NCBI GenBank assembly: GCA_017695115.1
Contig: JADILV010000035.1
Location: forward strand, 4,266 to 68,265
Source of the DNA: Candidatus Cryptobacteroides avicola
GTDB lineage: Bacteria; Bacteroidota; Bacteroidia; Bacteroidales; UBA932
Length of the DNA: 64,000 nucleotides
Reading direction: 5' to 3'
Below are positions 55,576-64,000 of the stretch, in pieces. How positions within the stretch are numbered: position 1 is the stretch's first letter; every line of letters starts with the position of its first letter. A program made the translations under genes and the position numbers. The notes beneath the pieces were generated by a model. It was not told the origin of the DNA. It saw only the letters and a list, made by a program, of their open reading frames with translations, and made no database searches.

Positions 55576-57906
55576 TCACTTCACGATGATCTCGTCCACG
55601 AACAGGAAGCCGGGAGCTCCTCCTCGCGCATGCCATGCCGGCATCGAGGTGACCGTTTCTGCGGTTATTTTGATATATCGTGCCGCAGTCTCGGGAAACG
55701 AGACGGTATAGTCGACTATGCCGTCAGGGTCTTTTTCGCCCGGGACATCGATGGAAACGCGGCCGGCTTCCGTGAAGTCGGCCCCGTTGTCGGAAGTGCT
55801 GACAATGACATTTACAGGAGGGAAGATATCGTTGCCCTTGTCCACCAGCGTGCCGAGAGCTACGCTGCTGTAACGGGTCTCGCCGCCCATGTCGATGACT
55901 GCACCCATCGGTGTTTCATACCAGCCGCTCCATGAACCCGAACCGAATTCCCTGCTTCCGCGGAGTCCGTCGACGAAAGAGTCCGGCGCACCGAATGTGT
56001 ATCTGCCCTGCGGTTCGGTCAGAAGGGTTACGGGCCTGCCCATCGCAGCGTTTTCACAGAATGTCTGGCTGTACAGGCGGGTGTTCATGTTGTCTCTTTC
56101 GACGATGGCCTTGATGGTGGTTCCTCCTGTTACTCCGACAGGTTCGGTGTAGAGGGTGGAGTTGTGGTCAGGCATACTTCCGTCCAGGGTATATCTTATC
56201 GGTGCGTCCCCCTGGGTGGAAAGTTCGACTTCCACGCAGTTCCTGTCATGGTTTACAGACACTTTGCTGATTATCTGGAAGACTGTCTTGGCGTAGTTGT
56301 AGCCCATGATGTCATACATGGCCGCTTCGTGTGAAAGGCTCGAGAGGAAGCGGTCCCAGTCCTTGACGGCAGGCTGGCACCACTGCACTTCGCTCAGGGC
56401 GGCTTGGCGCGGAAGGGCCATGTATTCGAGATGGGCGTTGGTCGCTATGTATTCAGTCCATAAATTCGCCTGGATTCCGAGGATGTGCTTCCGGGCCTCA
56501 GGTTCCGTGATTTCCGTGTACGGGTCGTATGAGTAGACCTTTTCGATAGGGACATAGCCTCCGATTCCGAAAGGTTCGTTCTCGGTGTCCGGCGCCTGGT
56601 AGTAGTCGAAGTAGAAATAGGAGTTCGGCACCATGATCACGTCATGGCCCATCTTCGACGCTTTGATTCCTCCGCCGCTGCCTCTCCAGGACATTACGGT
56701 GGCGTCAGGACCCGGCGTGCCTTCCAGAATCTCATCCCAGCCTATGATCTTCTTCCCTTTGGTGGCGAGGAATTTTTCCATGCGTTCCATCACATAGCTC
56801 TGGAGATAGTGCTCCGCGTTGAAATCCCCGTCGTCCTTCAGTCCGAGTTCCTGGATTTTCGCCTGGCATACAGGGCATTTCTCCCAACGCACCTTAGGGC
56901 ATTCGTCACCGCCTATGTGGATGTATTCCGACGGGAAGAGCTCGGCGACTTCGGCGAGGACATTCTCCAGGAACACCATTGTCTCCTCGTTTCCGGCACA
57001 CAGTACATCGTCCGCCACTCCCCAGCGTCCCCATACTTCGTAAGGTCCTCCTGTGCAGCCGAGTTTCGGGTAGGCCGTCAGGGCCGCGAGCATGTGGCCC
57101 GGCAGGTCTATCTCAGGTATAATGGTAATTCCTTGAGCAGCAGCATATTCTATTACATCCTTGATTTGTTCCTGAGTATAGTAGCCTCCGTAAGGTATGC
57201 CGTCGTAGCGGTCCCATTCCTTGCGGATGACGGTGCCTTTCCTGATGGATCCGACTTCGGTCAGACGCGGGTATTTCCTTATTTCTATTCTCCAGCCCTG
57301 GTCATCGGTCAGGTGCCAGTGGAGTGTGTTCATCTTGTGGATGGACATCATGTCTATGTATTTTTTCACCTCGTCGGTGCTGAAAAAATGTCTGGAAACG
57401 TCCAGATGCATTCCTCTGTACGCGAAGCGCGGCGCGTCGTTTATGGTAAGGCAAGGCAGGCTCCAGTCCTTGTCTGCTGCCGTTTTGTGTCCGTAGATTT
57501 CCACAGGAAGCATCTGTCGCAGGGTCTGGAGCGCATAGATGAATCCGTTCAGGGAGGAAGCCTTCACTTTTACACCGCTCTTTTTCACGTCAATGCGGTA
57601 TGCCTCGTCCGGAAGGGAGGGGTCGGTGATGAAACCGATGCCCTTGCCGGAGGTGCCGGTTTCCACTTTCGATGTCATGCCGGAAGCCAGCGACAGCTCC
57701 CCGGCGAACTTTTCCACTGCCGCAAGTGTCAGCGGGTCGTCAATTCCGGTGCAGTAGAATGTCGCTCCGGCGGCGTTGAATGTCCCGCCGTGCATTTCCA
57801 GTGAGTTAGGGAACGGGATGATGTCCGGTGTCTGTGCTTTGGGGGCGCAGCCTGCAGCCAGTGTTACGGCGGCCGCTGCAGCCATTATTGTCAATGGATT
57901 TTTCAT
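55576..57906 (-). CDS. Glycoside hydrolase family 20 beta-N-acetylhexosaminidase (lipoprotein) with a C-terminal carbohydrate-binding-like domain
   Basis: 776 aa. Shows RGMHLDVSRHFF, HWHLTDDQGWR and IHIGGDE. Confidence 0.9.
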   Translation of the reverse strand: MKNPLTIMAAAAAVTLAAGCAPKAQTPDIIPFPNSLEMHGGTFNAAGATFYCTGIDDPLTLAAVEKFAGELSLASGMTSKVETGTSGKGIGFITDPSLPDEAYRIDVKKSGVKVKASSLNGFIYALQTLRQMLPVEIYGHKTAADKDWSLPCLTINDAPRFAYRGMHLDVSRHFFSTDEVKKYIDMMSIHKMNTLHWHLTDDQGWRIEIRKYPRLTEVGSIRKGTVIRKEWDRYDGIPYGGYYTQEQIKDVIEYAAAQGITIIPEIDLPGHMLAALTAYPKLGCTGGPYEVWGRWGVADDVLCAGNEETMVFLENVLAEVAELFPSEYIHIGGDECPKVRWEKCPVCQAKIQELGLKDDGDFNAEHYLQSYVMERMEKFLATKGKKIIGWDEILEGTPGPDATVMSWRGSGGGIKASKMGHDVIMVPNSYFYFDYYQAPDTENEPFGIGGYVPIEKVYSYDPYTEITEPEARKHILGIQANLWTEYIATNAHLEYMALPRQAALSEVQWCQPAVKDWDRFLSSLSHEAAMYDIMGYNYAKTVFQIISKVSVNHDRNCVEVELSTQGDAPIRYTLDGSMPDHNSTLYTEPVGVTGGTTIKAIVERDNMNTRLYSQTFCENAAMGRPVTLLTEPQGRYTFGAPDSFVDGLRGSREFGSGSWSGWYETPMGAVIDMGGETRYSSVALGTLVDKGNDIFPPVNVIVSTSDNGADFTEAGRVSIDVPGEKDPDGIVDYTVSFPETAARYIKITAETVTSMPAWHARGGAPGFLFVDEIIVK

Positions 57907-57936
57907 ATCGTTGTGTTTTTTATATGTCCGTAAAAA

Positions 57937-60012
57937 TCAGTTCACCACCAGCTCATCGATGAACAGGCAGGCGCCCGGTCTTGTCGCCCTTTGTGCGTAA
58001 ACCCTTATGTATCGGGCTTTTGTATTGCAGATTACCGAATATTGCTTGAAGAATATGAAATTCTGTTTGTCGGATATGTCCTGCCACGCTGTCCCGAGAA
58101 GGCTGAAATTCACTCCGTCTTCGGATACGTACACCTCCATTTTCTGCGGTATGTGTACCCAGGCGCCGGTTACATTCATGAATGTGGCCCCTACGTAATG
58201 TATCGGCTTCACGTCTCCTAAATCAACTGTGACATCTGCATCGCTGAAGAACCCCTGCCATTTTCTGTCACCGTAGGTCCATCCGCCGCAGACTCCGTCC
58301 GTCAGGGCGCTTTCTCCGCCTGCAGGGTACTGGTCCGCATATCTGATATTGTAGGTGACTTTACAGCCTTTGGCCAGATGCTCCAGCGGAGCCTGGCTCT
58401 CCTTGCGGTCTCCGTACTCCGTCCTGAGGTCGAATGTCCTGTAGCCCATACCCTGAAGCATGTCGCACAGCGCCAGGGCCCTTTCCCGGAATCCGTCGTA
58501 GTCCTTCTTCCCGGCAGGGCTCCATCCGGTTTCCGCAATGGCGAATGCCCTCGGGTAGTACATGTATTCCGCATGGCTGTCCTGAGTGATGTATTCGGCC
58601 CAGAGGTTACCCTGCACTCCGAGCAGATGCGATGCCTCGTCTTCCGTCATCCCGTCTTCTACCGGTTCGTAAGAGTAGGTCTTGGCGAGCGGCACATAGC
58701 CGCCGATGGACTCCGGCTCCTTGAAAGGAGCGTCCTGCGTGTAGTCCAGATAGCAGAACCCGCTCGGGGTCATGATGACGTCATGTCCGGATTTCAGCGC
58801 CTTTATGCCGCCTTCCGTGCCTCTCCATGACATCACTGTGGCGTTCGGGGCAAGCCCTCCCTGAAGGATTTCGTCCCAGCCGATTATCTTTTTCCCTTTC
58901 GAGTTCACGAACTCCTCGATGCGGTGTATCAGATAGCTCTGCAGTTCATCCACATCTTCGAGACCTTCTTCCTGCATGCGCCTTTTGCAGTCCGGACAGG
59001 TTTTCCATCCGCTTTTTGATGCCTCATCGCCTCCGATATGCACATATTCTGACGGAAAAAGTTCCATGACCTCGGTCAGTACATTCTCCAGGAAAGTGAA
59101 AGTCTCCTCTTTCCCCGGACAGAAGTCTGAATTTTTGTATGGTTCCCCGCTGCATGACAGTTCCGGGTAGGCCGCCATGACTTCCTCGCTGTGTCCCGGC
59201 ATCTCGATTTCCGGAATCACTTCAATGTGTCTGCTCCGGGCATATTCAAGGATTTCACGGATGTCATCCTTGGTGTAATAGCCTCCGGAAGCCTCCGGGT
59301 CTGTCCGTTCGCAATAGACAGGGTCCGCCGCCCAGTCTGTCCATTTCCCGTAAGGCCTCCATGCCGCGAACTCCGTAAGCCTCGGATACTGTTCTATCTC
59401 GATTCTCCATCCTGCTCCATCGGTCAGATGCAGGTGCATCTTGTTCAGTTTCAGCAGTGCCATGGCATCCATCTGCTTGAGCAGAAATTCTTTGGACCTG
59501 AAATGCCGGGACACGTCGAAATGCAGGCCCCTGTATCCGAATCTCGGTGCGTCGGATATCCTGCAGCACTGCAGCTGTCTTGTCTGCCCGTCCACGGTCA
59601 TCTGCAGCAGTGTCTGCACGGCATAGAACGCCCCTGTTTCCGTCCCTGCTTTCACCTTGATTTGCCTCGGCGTGATTTCCAGCAGGTAGGCTTCATCCGC
59701 ATGCCCCTGAGTGGCGGCTCCTTTCAGTTCCTTTGGACCGATTGATATCAGAATATCGGCTTCAGACGCTTTTCCGGCAGGGGAGAGTTCTAGTCCCGAT
59801 TTTTCCATATAATCCGCCAGACCATCCTTCGTCTCTCCTTTTATATAATAGGCGGCATCAGTTTCCGGCAGTGAGAACACACCTTCTTTCATTTCAATAT
59901 GAGAAGGCGCCGGGATGAGCCGTTCGGGAGAACCGGGTCCGGCAACGCTTTTTTCCGCTGCGGATGCCATGAAACACATCGTTGCAGCAATACAGGCCAG
60001 AATGATTTTCAT
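57937..60012 (-). CDS. Glycoside hydrolase family 20 beta-N-acetylhexosaminidase, tandem paralogue
   Basis: 691 aa. Shows RGLHFDVSRHF, HLHLTDGAGWR and VHIGGDE. Confidence 0.9.
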   Translation of the reverse strand: MKIILACIAATMCFMASAAEKSVAGPGSPERLIPAPSHIEMKEGVFSLPETDAAYYIKGETKDGLADYMEKSGLELSPAGKASEADILISIGPKELKGAATQGHADEAYLLEITPRQIKVKAGTETGAFYAVQTLLQMTVDGQTRQLQCCRISDAPRFGYRGLHFDVSRHFRSKEFLLKQMDAMALLKLNKMHLHLTDGAGWRIEIEQYPRLTEFAAWRPYGKWTDWAADPVYCERTDPEASGGYYTKDDIREILEYARSRHIEVIPEIEMPGHSEEVMAAYPELSCSGEPYKNSDFCPGKEETFTFLENVLTEVMELFPSEYVHIGGDEASKSGWKTCPDCKRRMQEEGLEDVDELQSYLIHRIEEFVNSKGKKIIGWDEILQGGLAPNATVMSWRGTEGGIKALKSGHDVIMTPSGFCYLDYTQDAPFKEPESIGGYVPLAKTYSYEPVEDGMTEDEASHLLGVQGNLWAEYITQDSHAEYMYYPRAFAIAETGWSPAGKKDYDGFRERALALCDMLQGMGYRTFDLRTEYGDRKESQAPLEHLAKGCKVTYNIRYADQYPAGGESALTDGVCGGWTYGDRKWQGFFSDADVTVDLGDVKPIHYVGATFMNVTGAWVHIPQKMEVYVSEDGVNFSLLGTAWQDISDKQNFIFFKQYSVICNTKARYIRVYAQRATRPGACLFIDELVVN

Positions 60013-60186
60013 TTTATCAGGTATAATGGGAATTTTAAATGAAACATTTCCATATTCCGCTAAAATACAACAATTTTAAAGACAACCCGTATAAATTCCG
60101 ACATTTCCGTAAAATTACCTACCAATAGTGATGCGGTTTCCCTGTTTTACTGACAAATGGGGATTGTCTCCGGTTCCTGGAGTCTG

Positions 60187-60194
60187 TACCTTTG
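60187..60194 (+). promoter_or_regulatory. Bacteroidota -7 box (TACCTTTG)
   Basis: ~130 nt upstream of the first ATG of the hemerythrin gene. The leader contains a 9-bp hairpin at 60260-60283. Confidence 0.4.
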
Positions 60195-60325
60195 CAACTG
60201 AAGATTGAGATTTTAGGCCATATAGTTAAAAAGTTTAGATCCTTTTAATTGTTGTTGAGTGCGGTGCCTGTGAAGGTACCGCATTTAAAATTGTATAAAA
60301 TAACATATATTTGGAGGTTGGAACA

Positions 60326-61060
60326 ATGGAAAACGAAGCTATGGTAAAGAAAAAGAATATGAAGGACAGGGCGGTGCTCTCTCCGGCGATGAAAATGGCG
60401 GATCTGGTGAATCTCAACTATCATCTGCTCGGCGTGCTTTCACGTCTGGGCATGGATCTCGGGTTCGGTGAGATCACAGTCGGGGAAGCATGCCGCAGGC
60501 ACTCCCTGGATGCAGGGTCGTTCCTGCTGATCTGCAATGTCTACACTTATGATGACTATATTCCGTCGGGGGACATCCTTTCCGCCGGCTCTCCGGTGGA
60601 CATAGTCAAGTATCTGCACGGGTCGCATGTGTTCTATCTGGAGCATGAACTTCCCGAGCTTGAAAGGTCACTTGAAAGGCTGGTGGCGCCTTGCGATGCC
60701 AAGCAGAAGCTCATTATAGACAGGTTCTTTTCGGAATACAGGAAAGAGGTCGAGAATCATTTTGCGTATGAGGAGACTGTGGTCTTTCCTTACATAGAGA
60801 CATTTTCGGAGAACCGCAGGGGAGAGGGCTATTCTATCGAGCAGTTCGAAGAGAATCACAGCAACATCGACGAGAAGCTCTGCGACCTGAAGAACATCGT
60901 GATGAAATACCTTCCGGAAGTATGTGATACGGTGCTCAGGAATGATGTCCTGTACCATATCTGCTATCTTGAAGAAGATCTTGACAAGCACACGCTTATC
61001 GAAAACAATGTGCTGATACCTATGATGACAAGACTTGAAGAAAATGAAAAACGGAAATAG
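60326..61060 (+). CDS. Hemerythrin-domain protein with a ScdA/RIC-like N-terminal region
   Basis: The C-terminal half has an HHE-type pattern (HGSHVFYLEHE..., VENHFAYEE..., EENHSNIDEK...). The N-terminal half shows ...LGMDLGFGEITVGEACRRHSLD.... The start is uncertain: TTG at 60311; ATG at 60326, 60341, 60359 or 60389. Confidence 0.72.
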   Translation: MENEAMVKKKNMKDRAVLSPAMKMADLVNLNYHLLGVLSRLGMDLGFGEITVGEACRRHSLDAGSFLLICNVYTYDDYIPSGDILSAGSPVDIVKYLHGSHVFYLEHELPELERSLERLVAPCDAKQKLIIDRFFSEYRKEVENHFAYEETVVFPYIETFSENRRGEGYSIEQFEENHSNIDEKLCDLKNIVMKYLPEVCDTVLRNDVLYHICYLEEDLDKHTLIENNVLIPMMTRLEENEKRK

Positions 61061-61649
61061 AACGAAAGTCCTTCTTGTCATCCCTTCCAGGATCATAGCC
61101 AGAGGGATGGAAGGGGTGTTCCACGATCTCGGCGAGTTTTCCGTAGAGGGGATACTGACGGATCTCTCGCGGACGAGTGAGGTCAGGCTCAAGAATATGG
61201 ACGCCGACCTGATAGTGGTCGACCCGGTGATATTCGACTGTGCGACTAGGGCGATGGGCCGGTCCAGGATTGCGGAATATACCGATGCTGCCGTAGTGGC
61301 CCTTCAGACTGTCCAGATGGAGGACGATGTCTGGCGTCAGTACGATGACACTATAAACATCTACGACGCTCCTCCGGTGATCATAAAAAAACTCAGGGCT
61401 GTCCTTTCGGACCGTAAAGAAGCCCCGAAGGCTGACAGCCAGGAACTGTCCGCCAGGGAGAAAGAGATTCTGGTATGTGTGGCTAAAGGCATGTTGAACA
61501 AGGAGATAGCGGATCTTTACAATATATCCATCTACACTGTCATCACCCACAGGAAAAACATTACCAGAAAGACAGGGATCAAGACAGTGGCAGGTCTTAC
61601 CGTCTATGCGCTTCTCAACAACCTCATAGATGCGAACTCGATAGAATGA
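61044..61649 (+). CDS. LuxR-family transcriptional regulator with a degenerate receiver-like N-terminal domain
   Basis: C-terminal HTH REKEILVCVAKGMLNKEIADLYNISIYTVITHRKNITRKTG. The N-terminal region keeps DLIVVD but lacks the acidic pair after beta-1. The ATG at 61044 (TTG at 61035) overlaps the upstream gene by 17-26 nt. Confidence 0.8.
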   Translation: MKNGNRTKVLLVIPSRIIARGMEGVFHDLGEFSVEGILTDLSRTSEVRLKNMDADLIVVDPVIFDCATRAMGRSRIAEYTDAAVVALQTVQMEDDVWRQYDDTINIYDAPPVIIKKLRAVLSDRKEAPKADSQELSAREKEILVCVAKGMLNKEIADLYNISIYTVITHRKNITRKTGIKTVAGLTVYALLNNLIDANSIE

Positions 61650-61679
61650 CCGCTGCGGCGGCAGGGCCCTCCCACGCCG

Positions 61680-63017
61680 TTATGAATACTTGCGCGGGAA
61701 ACGGAAGACGATTGCCAGCAGGGCGACCAGGCCGAGGGCGTAAGGATAATAAAGGTATTTGATAATCGACAGGGCGGAAACTCCTGCAAGTCCTGCGGCC
61801 ATCAGCATCTGCGCCCCATACGGGATGATGCCCTGCACCATGCAGGAGAAAGTGTCCAGGATGCTGGCGCTCTTTCTGTTGTCTACTCCGTATTTCCGGC
61901 TGATGTCCCGGGCTATCCGTCCGGTGGTGATGATGGCTATCGTATTGTTGGCGGTGCAGATGTTGGCCAGGCTCACGATTGCGGCGATGCACAGCTCGGC
62001 CCCGCGTTTCCCGGATACCTTTCTTGTCAGTCCTGAGACGATGAAGTCTATTCCTCCGTTTACCCTTATCATTTCCAGCATCCCGCCGGCCAGCATTGTC
62101 ACTATTATCAGCTCTCCCATGCCGCCTATTCCTTTCCCGAGCGATACCAGCCATCCGGTCCATCCGAAATCTCCGCAGGAAAATCCCAATATGGCGTTGA
62201 CCGTGATGCCAAGGGCCAGGACTGACACTACATTCATCCCTGCAAGGGCAAGCCATATCACCATTATATAAGGAATGAGTTTGAGCCACCCGACCGGTTC
62301 GGTCTGTCCGGGTATTTCAGTCCCGGATCCCAGAAAAACATAAAGGGCCGTAACCGCCAGTGCCGCAGGCGCGGCAATAGCGACATTGACCTTGAATTTG
62401 TCTTTCATGGCGCATTCCTGTGTCCGTGTCGCGGCTATGGTGGTGTCCGAAATGAAAGACAGATTGTCCCCGAAGAATGCCCCTCCGGCCACGATGGCCG
62501 TCATGAAGGCGGTTTCTGTCCCAGTCTGTGCCGCGATTCCTGCGGCGACAGGTACGAGCGCCACTATCGTTCCGACGCTGGTGCCAATAGCCATCGATAT
62601 GAAGCATGATGCAAGGAAAATCCCCGCATACAGCAGCTTGTCCGGAAGTATTTTCAGAGTCAGGTCTACAGTGGCATCAACCGCCCCGATTGCCTGTGCG
62701 GAAGATGCAAACGCTCCGGCCAGGACGAATATCCATATCATCAGCAGTACGTTCCTGTCTCCTGCACCGCTGGAAAAAGTCGCTATCTTCTCCTCTGTTG
62801 TTCCCCTGCTGATCAGCAGGGCATACACTGATGCTACCAGAAAGGCTGCAGTGATAGGTATCTTGTAGAAATCCATTTCCAGCAGAGAAGACACCAGGTA
62901 GACAACCAGGAAAACGGCCAGCGGGCTCAGAGCCACCCATCCGCTTCTTTGTTTTCTGCCGTCCCGTCTGAATCCTTTGACGAGATCCGATATGTATTTG
63001 TCAGGAATAATGCCCAT
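61680..63017 (-). CDS. Na+/H+ antiporter NhaC family protein
   Basis: 445 aa and polytopic, with an NhaC-like layout. Assigned by overall resemblance only. Confidence 0.85.
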   Translation of the reverse strand: MGIIPDKYISDLVKGFRRDGRKQRSGWVALSPLAVFLVVYLVSSLLEMDFYKIPITAAFLVASVYALLISRGTTEEKIATFSSGAGDRNVLLMIWIFVLAGAFASSAQAIGAVDATVDLTLKILPDKLLYAGIFLASCFISMAIGTSVGTIVALVPVAAGIAAQTGTETAFMTAIVAGGAFFGDNLSFISDTTIAATRTQECAMKDKFKVNVAIAAPAALAVTALYVFLGSGTEIPGQTEPVGWLKLIPYIMVIWLALAGMNVVSVLALGITVNAILGFSCGDFGWTGWLVSLGKGIGGMGELIIVTMLAGGMLEMIRVNGGIDFIVSGLTRKVSGKRGAELCIAAIVSLANICTANNTIAIITTGRIARDISRKYGVDNRKSASILDTFSCMVQGIIPYGAQMLMAAGLAGVSALSIIKYLYYPYALGLVALLAIVFRFPRKYS

Positions 63018-63042
63018 GGACAGAATATTCAGAAACCGGTTG

Positions 63043-63050
63043 CAAAGATA
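63043..63050 (-). promoter_or_regulatory. Bacteroidota -7 box (TATCTTTG on the minus strand)
   Basis: ~25 nt upstream of the NhaC ATG. Confidence 0.4.
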
Positions 63051-63136
63051 GACAATTTACAGGACAGTTAAGGGGTGGTTGTAGTACGGACCAAAAGAAG
63101 ATGAGTCAGACTTGCCTCGAAAGATACCTATGATTG

Positions 63137-64000
63137 TCATCCCTCCACAGCCTTCCATTCGCTGACGGTCCTGGTGGCGGAGTCGAAGTTCACCCCGACC
63201 TTCACCAGCTTCCTTCCGTCGGCGGTGTACGGTACCAGATATCCCTTGCTGTCTATCTGCCTGAGGGCATCCTCGGCGGAGCCGTCCACCTTCAGCTCGA
63301 ACACGTAGATATGCGTTGGGGTCTTTATGACAACGTCAGCCCTGCCGACGGCACTCCGGACCTCGCTCTCCACATACAGACCCGTCATCGAGAACAGCAG
63401 ATAGAAGATCGTGTGGAAATGTTTTTCCGTCTTGTTGTCCAGATCATAAGGGATGGACGCGAAGAAGGCGGTAATGCGGTTCATGCAGCCGGCGAGATCA
63501 TCCTTTTTCAAATCAGACACGACTCCTATGACAAAGGAATTGCGCTTCAGGTTTACATCGTTCACATAATACGGGATGAGTGCCCGTATAAATCCCAACC
63601 GGACTTCCTCATTCGGATAAGCGAGCGTGTATATTCCGTAAACCGGATCATAACTTTTTATAGTCAGATATCCGCTCTGGTACAGGACCGGCAAGGGATT
63701 GATTATCTTCTCTGTAGGGACGTCAAACTGCTCGGGCATAGCCTTCACCTCTTCCAGGCTTTCAATGTCGAAATTATATTCCTGCAGCAAGTCCAACAGG
63801 TAGGTAGGGGTGCCGGATGAGAACCAATAATGGTCATAGTCAAGATTGTTCAGTGCGTTCAGCAGGCTGAAAGGGTTGTATATGTCCTCGCATTCCGGAC
63901 TGAAATGGTATCCGTCGTACATCCTGCGCAGGTGCTCCAGTGCCTCATCGTAACTCTCCCCGTTCTTCGCCGCAAGCGCCTTGACGTCCGGCCCCAGCTG
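63137..64000 (-). CDS. AAA-ATPase-like / PD-(D/E)XK nuclease (DUF1703-type) family protein, 5'-truncated by the window end
   Basis: The frame stays open to base 64000 (…QLGPDVKALAAKNGESYDEALEHLRRMYDGYHF…). The C-terminal block GRADVVIKTPTHIYVFELKVDGSAEDALRQI is the PD-(D/E)XK core typical of this multi-copy Bacteroidales family. Confidence 0.72.
   Translation of the reverse strand, partial: QLGPDVKALAAKNGESYDEALEHLRRMYDGYHFSPECEDIYNPFSLLNALNNLDYDHYWFSSGTPTYLLDLLQEYNFDIESLEEVKAMPEQFDVPTEKIINPLPVLYQSGYLTIKSYDPVYGIYTLAYPNEEVRLGFIRALIPYYVNDVNLKRNSFVIGVVSDLKKDDLAGCMNRITAFFASIPYDLDNKTEKHFHTIFYLLFSMTGLYVESEVRSAVGRADVVIKTPTHIYVFELKVDGSAEDALRQIDSKGYLVPYTADGRKLVKVGVNFDSATRTVSEWKAVEG

Noticed and set aside
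1-64000. A window-wide search for CRISPR arrays, IS elements or transposases, prophage genes, toxin-antitoxin pairs, retron or DGR reverse transcriptases, and known defence systems.
   Set aside because: No regularly spaced direct repeats, no transposase, integrase or reverse-transcriptase-like translations, and no small two-gene TA-like cassettes were seen. The only accessory-type gene is the truncated AAA/PD-(D/E)XK gene at the 3' edge.

Overview
This window is a core-chromosome segment of a Bacteroidota genome, most likely Bacteroidales. I infer the taxon from three things: recurrent TAnnTTTG -7 promoter boxes placed just upstream of start codons and tRNA 5' ends, many lipoprotein-type signal peptides, and the gene content (GH92, GH20, and a CarboxypepD_reg-type TonB-dependent receptor).

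Content, in order:
- End of the ribosomal alpha operon (rpsK', rpsD, rpoA, rplQ), then an NSS-family transporter and a five-bladed-propeller glycosidase-like lipoprotein.
- tRNA-Leu(UAA), a YhcH-family protein, a PAP2 phosphatase with an unusual C-terminal extension, a half-length GT4 remnant, comF and fabG.
- The rod-shape operon mreBCD-mrdA-rodA, then ispD, an Lrp/AsnC regulator, topA, PBP1A, ddl and prmC.
- A hypothetical lipoprotein, a TPR protein plus a U32 peptidase, a degenerate M16-like protein, and three small uncharacterized genes.
- gpmI, rnr, a MATE exporter, a CPA2 antiporter, GH92, tRNA-Leu(GAG), a DUF2147-like protein, and rpsP-rimM.
- A seven-gene diaminopimelate/lysine operon on the minus strand.
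- A small His-rich ORF plus a TonB-dependent receptor, and two tandem GH20 hexosaminidases.
- A hemerythrin/LuxR pair, NhaC, and a 5'-truncated AAA-ATPase/PD-(D/E)XK gene running off the window edge.

I saw no rRNA, CRISPR array, transposase, integrase, prophage or recognizable defence system. I cannot point to a convincing novel multi-gene system.

The items most worth follow-up:
- The His-rich membrane-anchored micro-ORF coupled to the TonB-dependent receptor.
- The ~470-bp non-coding gap next to it, which carries an orphan intrinsic terminator.
- The PAP2 plus beta-barrel-like fusion.
- The overlapping hemerythrin/pseudo-receiver LuxR pair.
- The structured tail downstream of fabG.

All functional calls come from reading the translations and motifs by eye. 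No database search was run.
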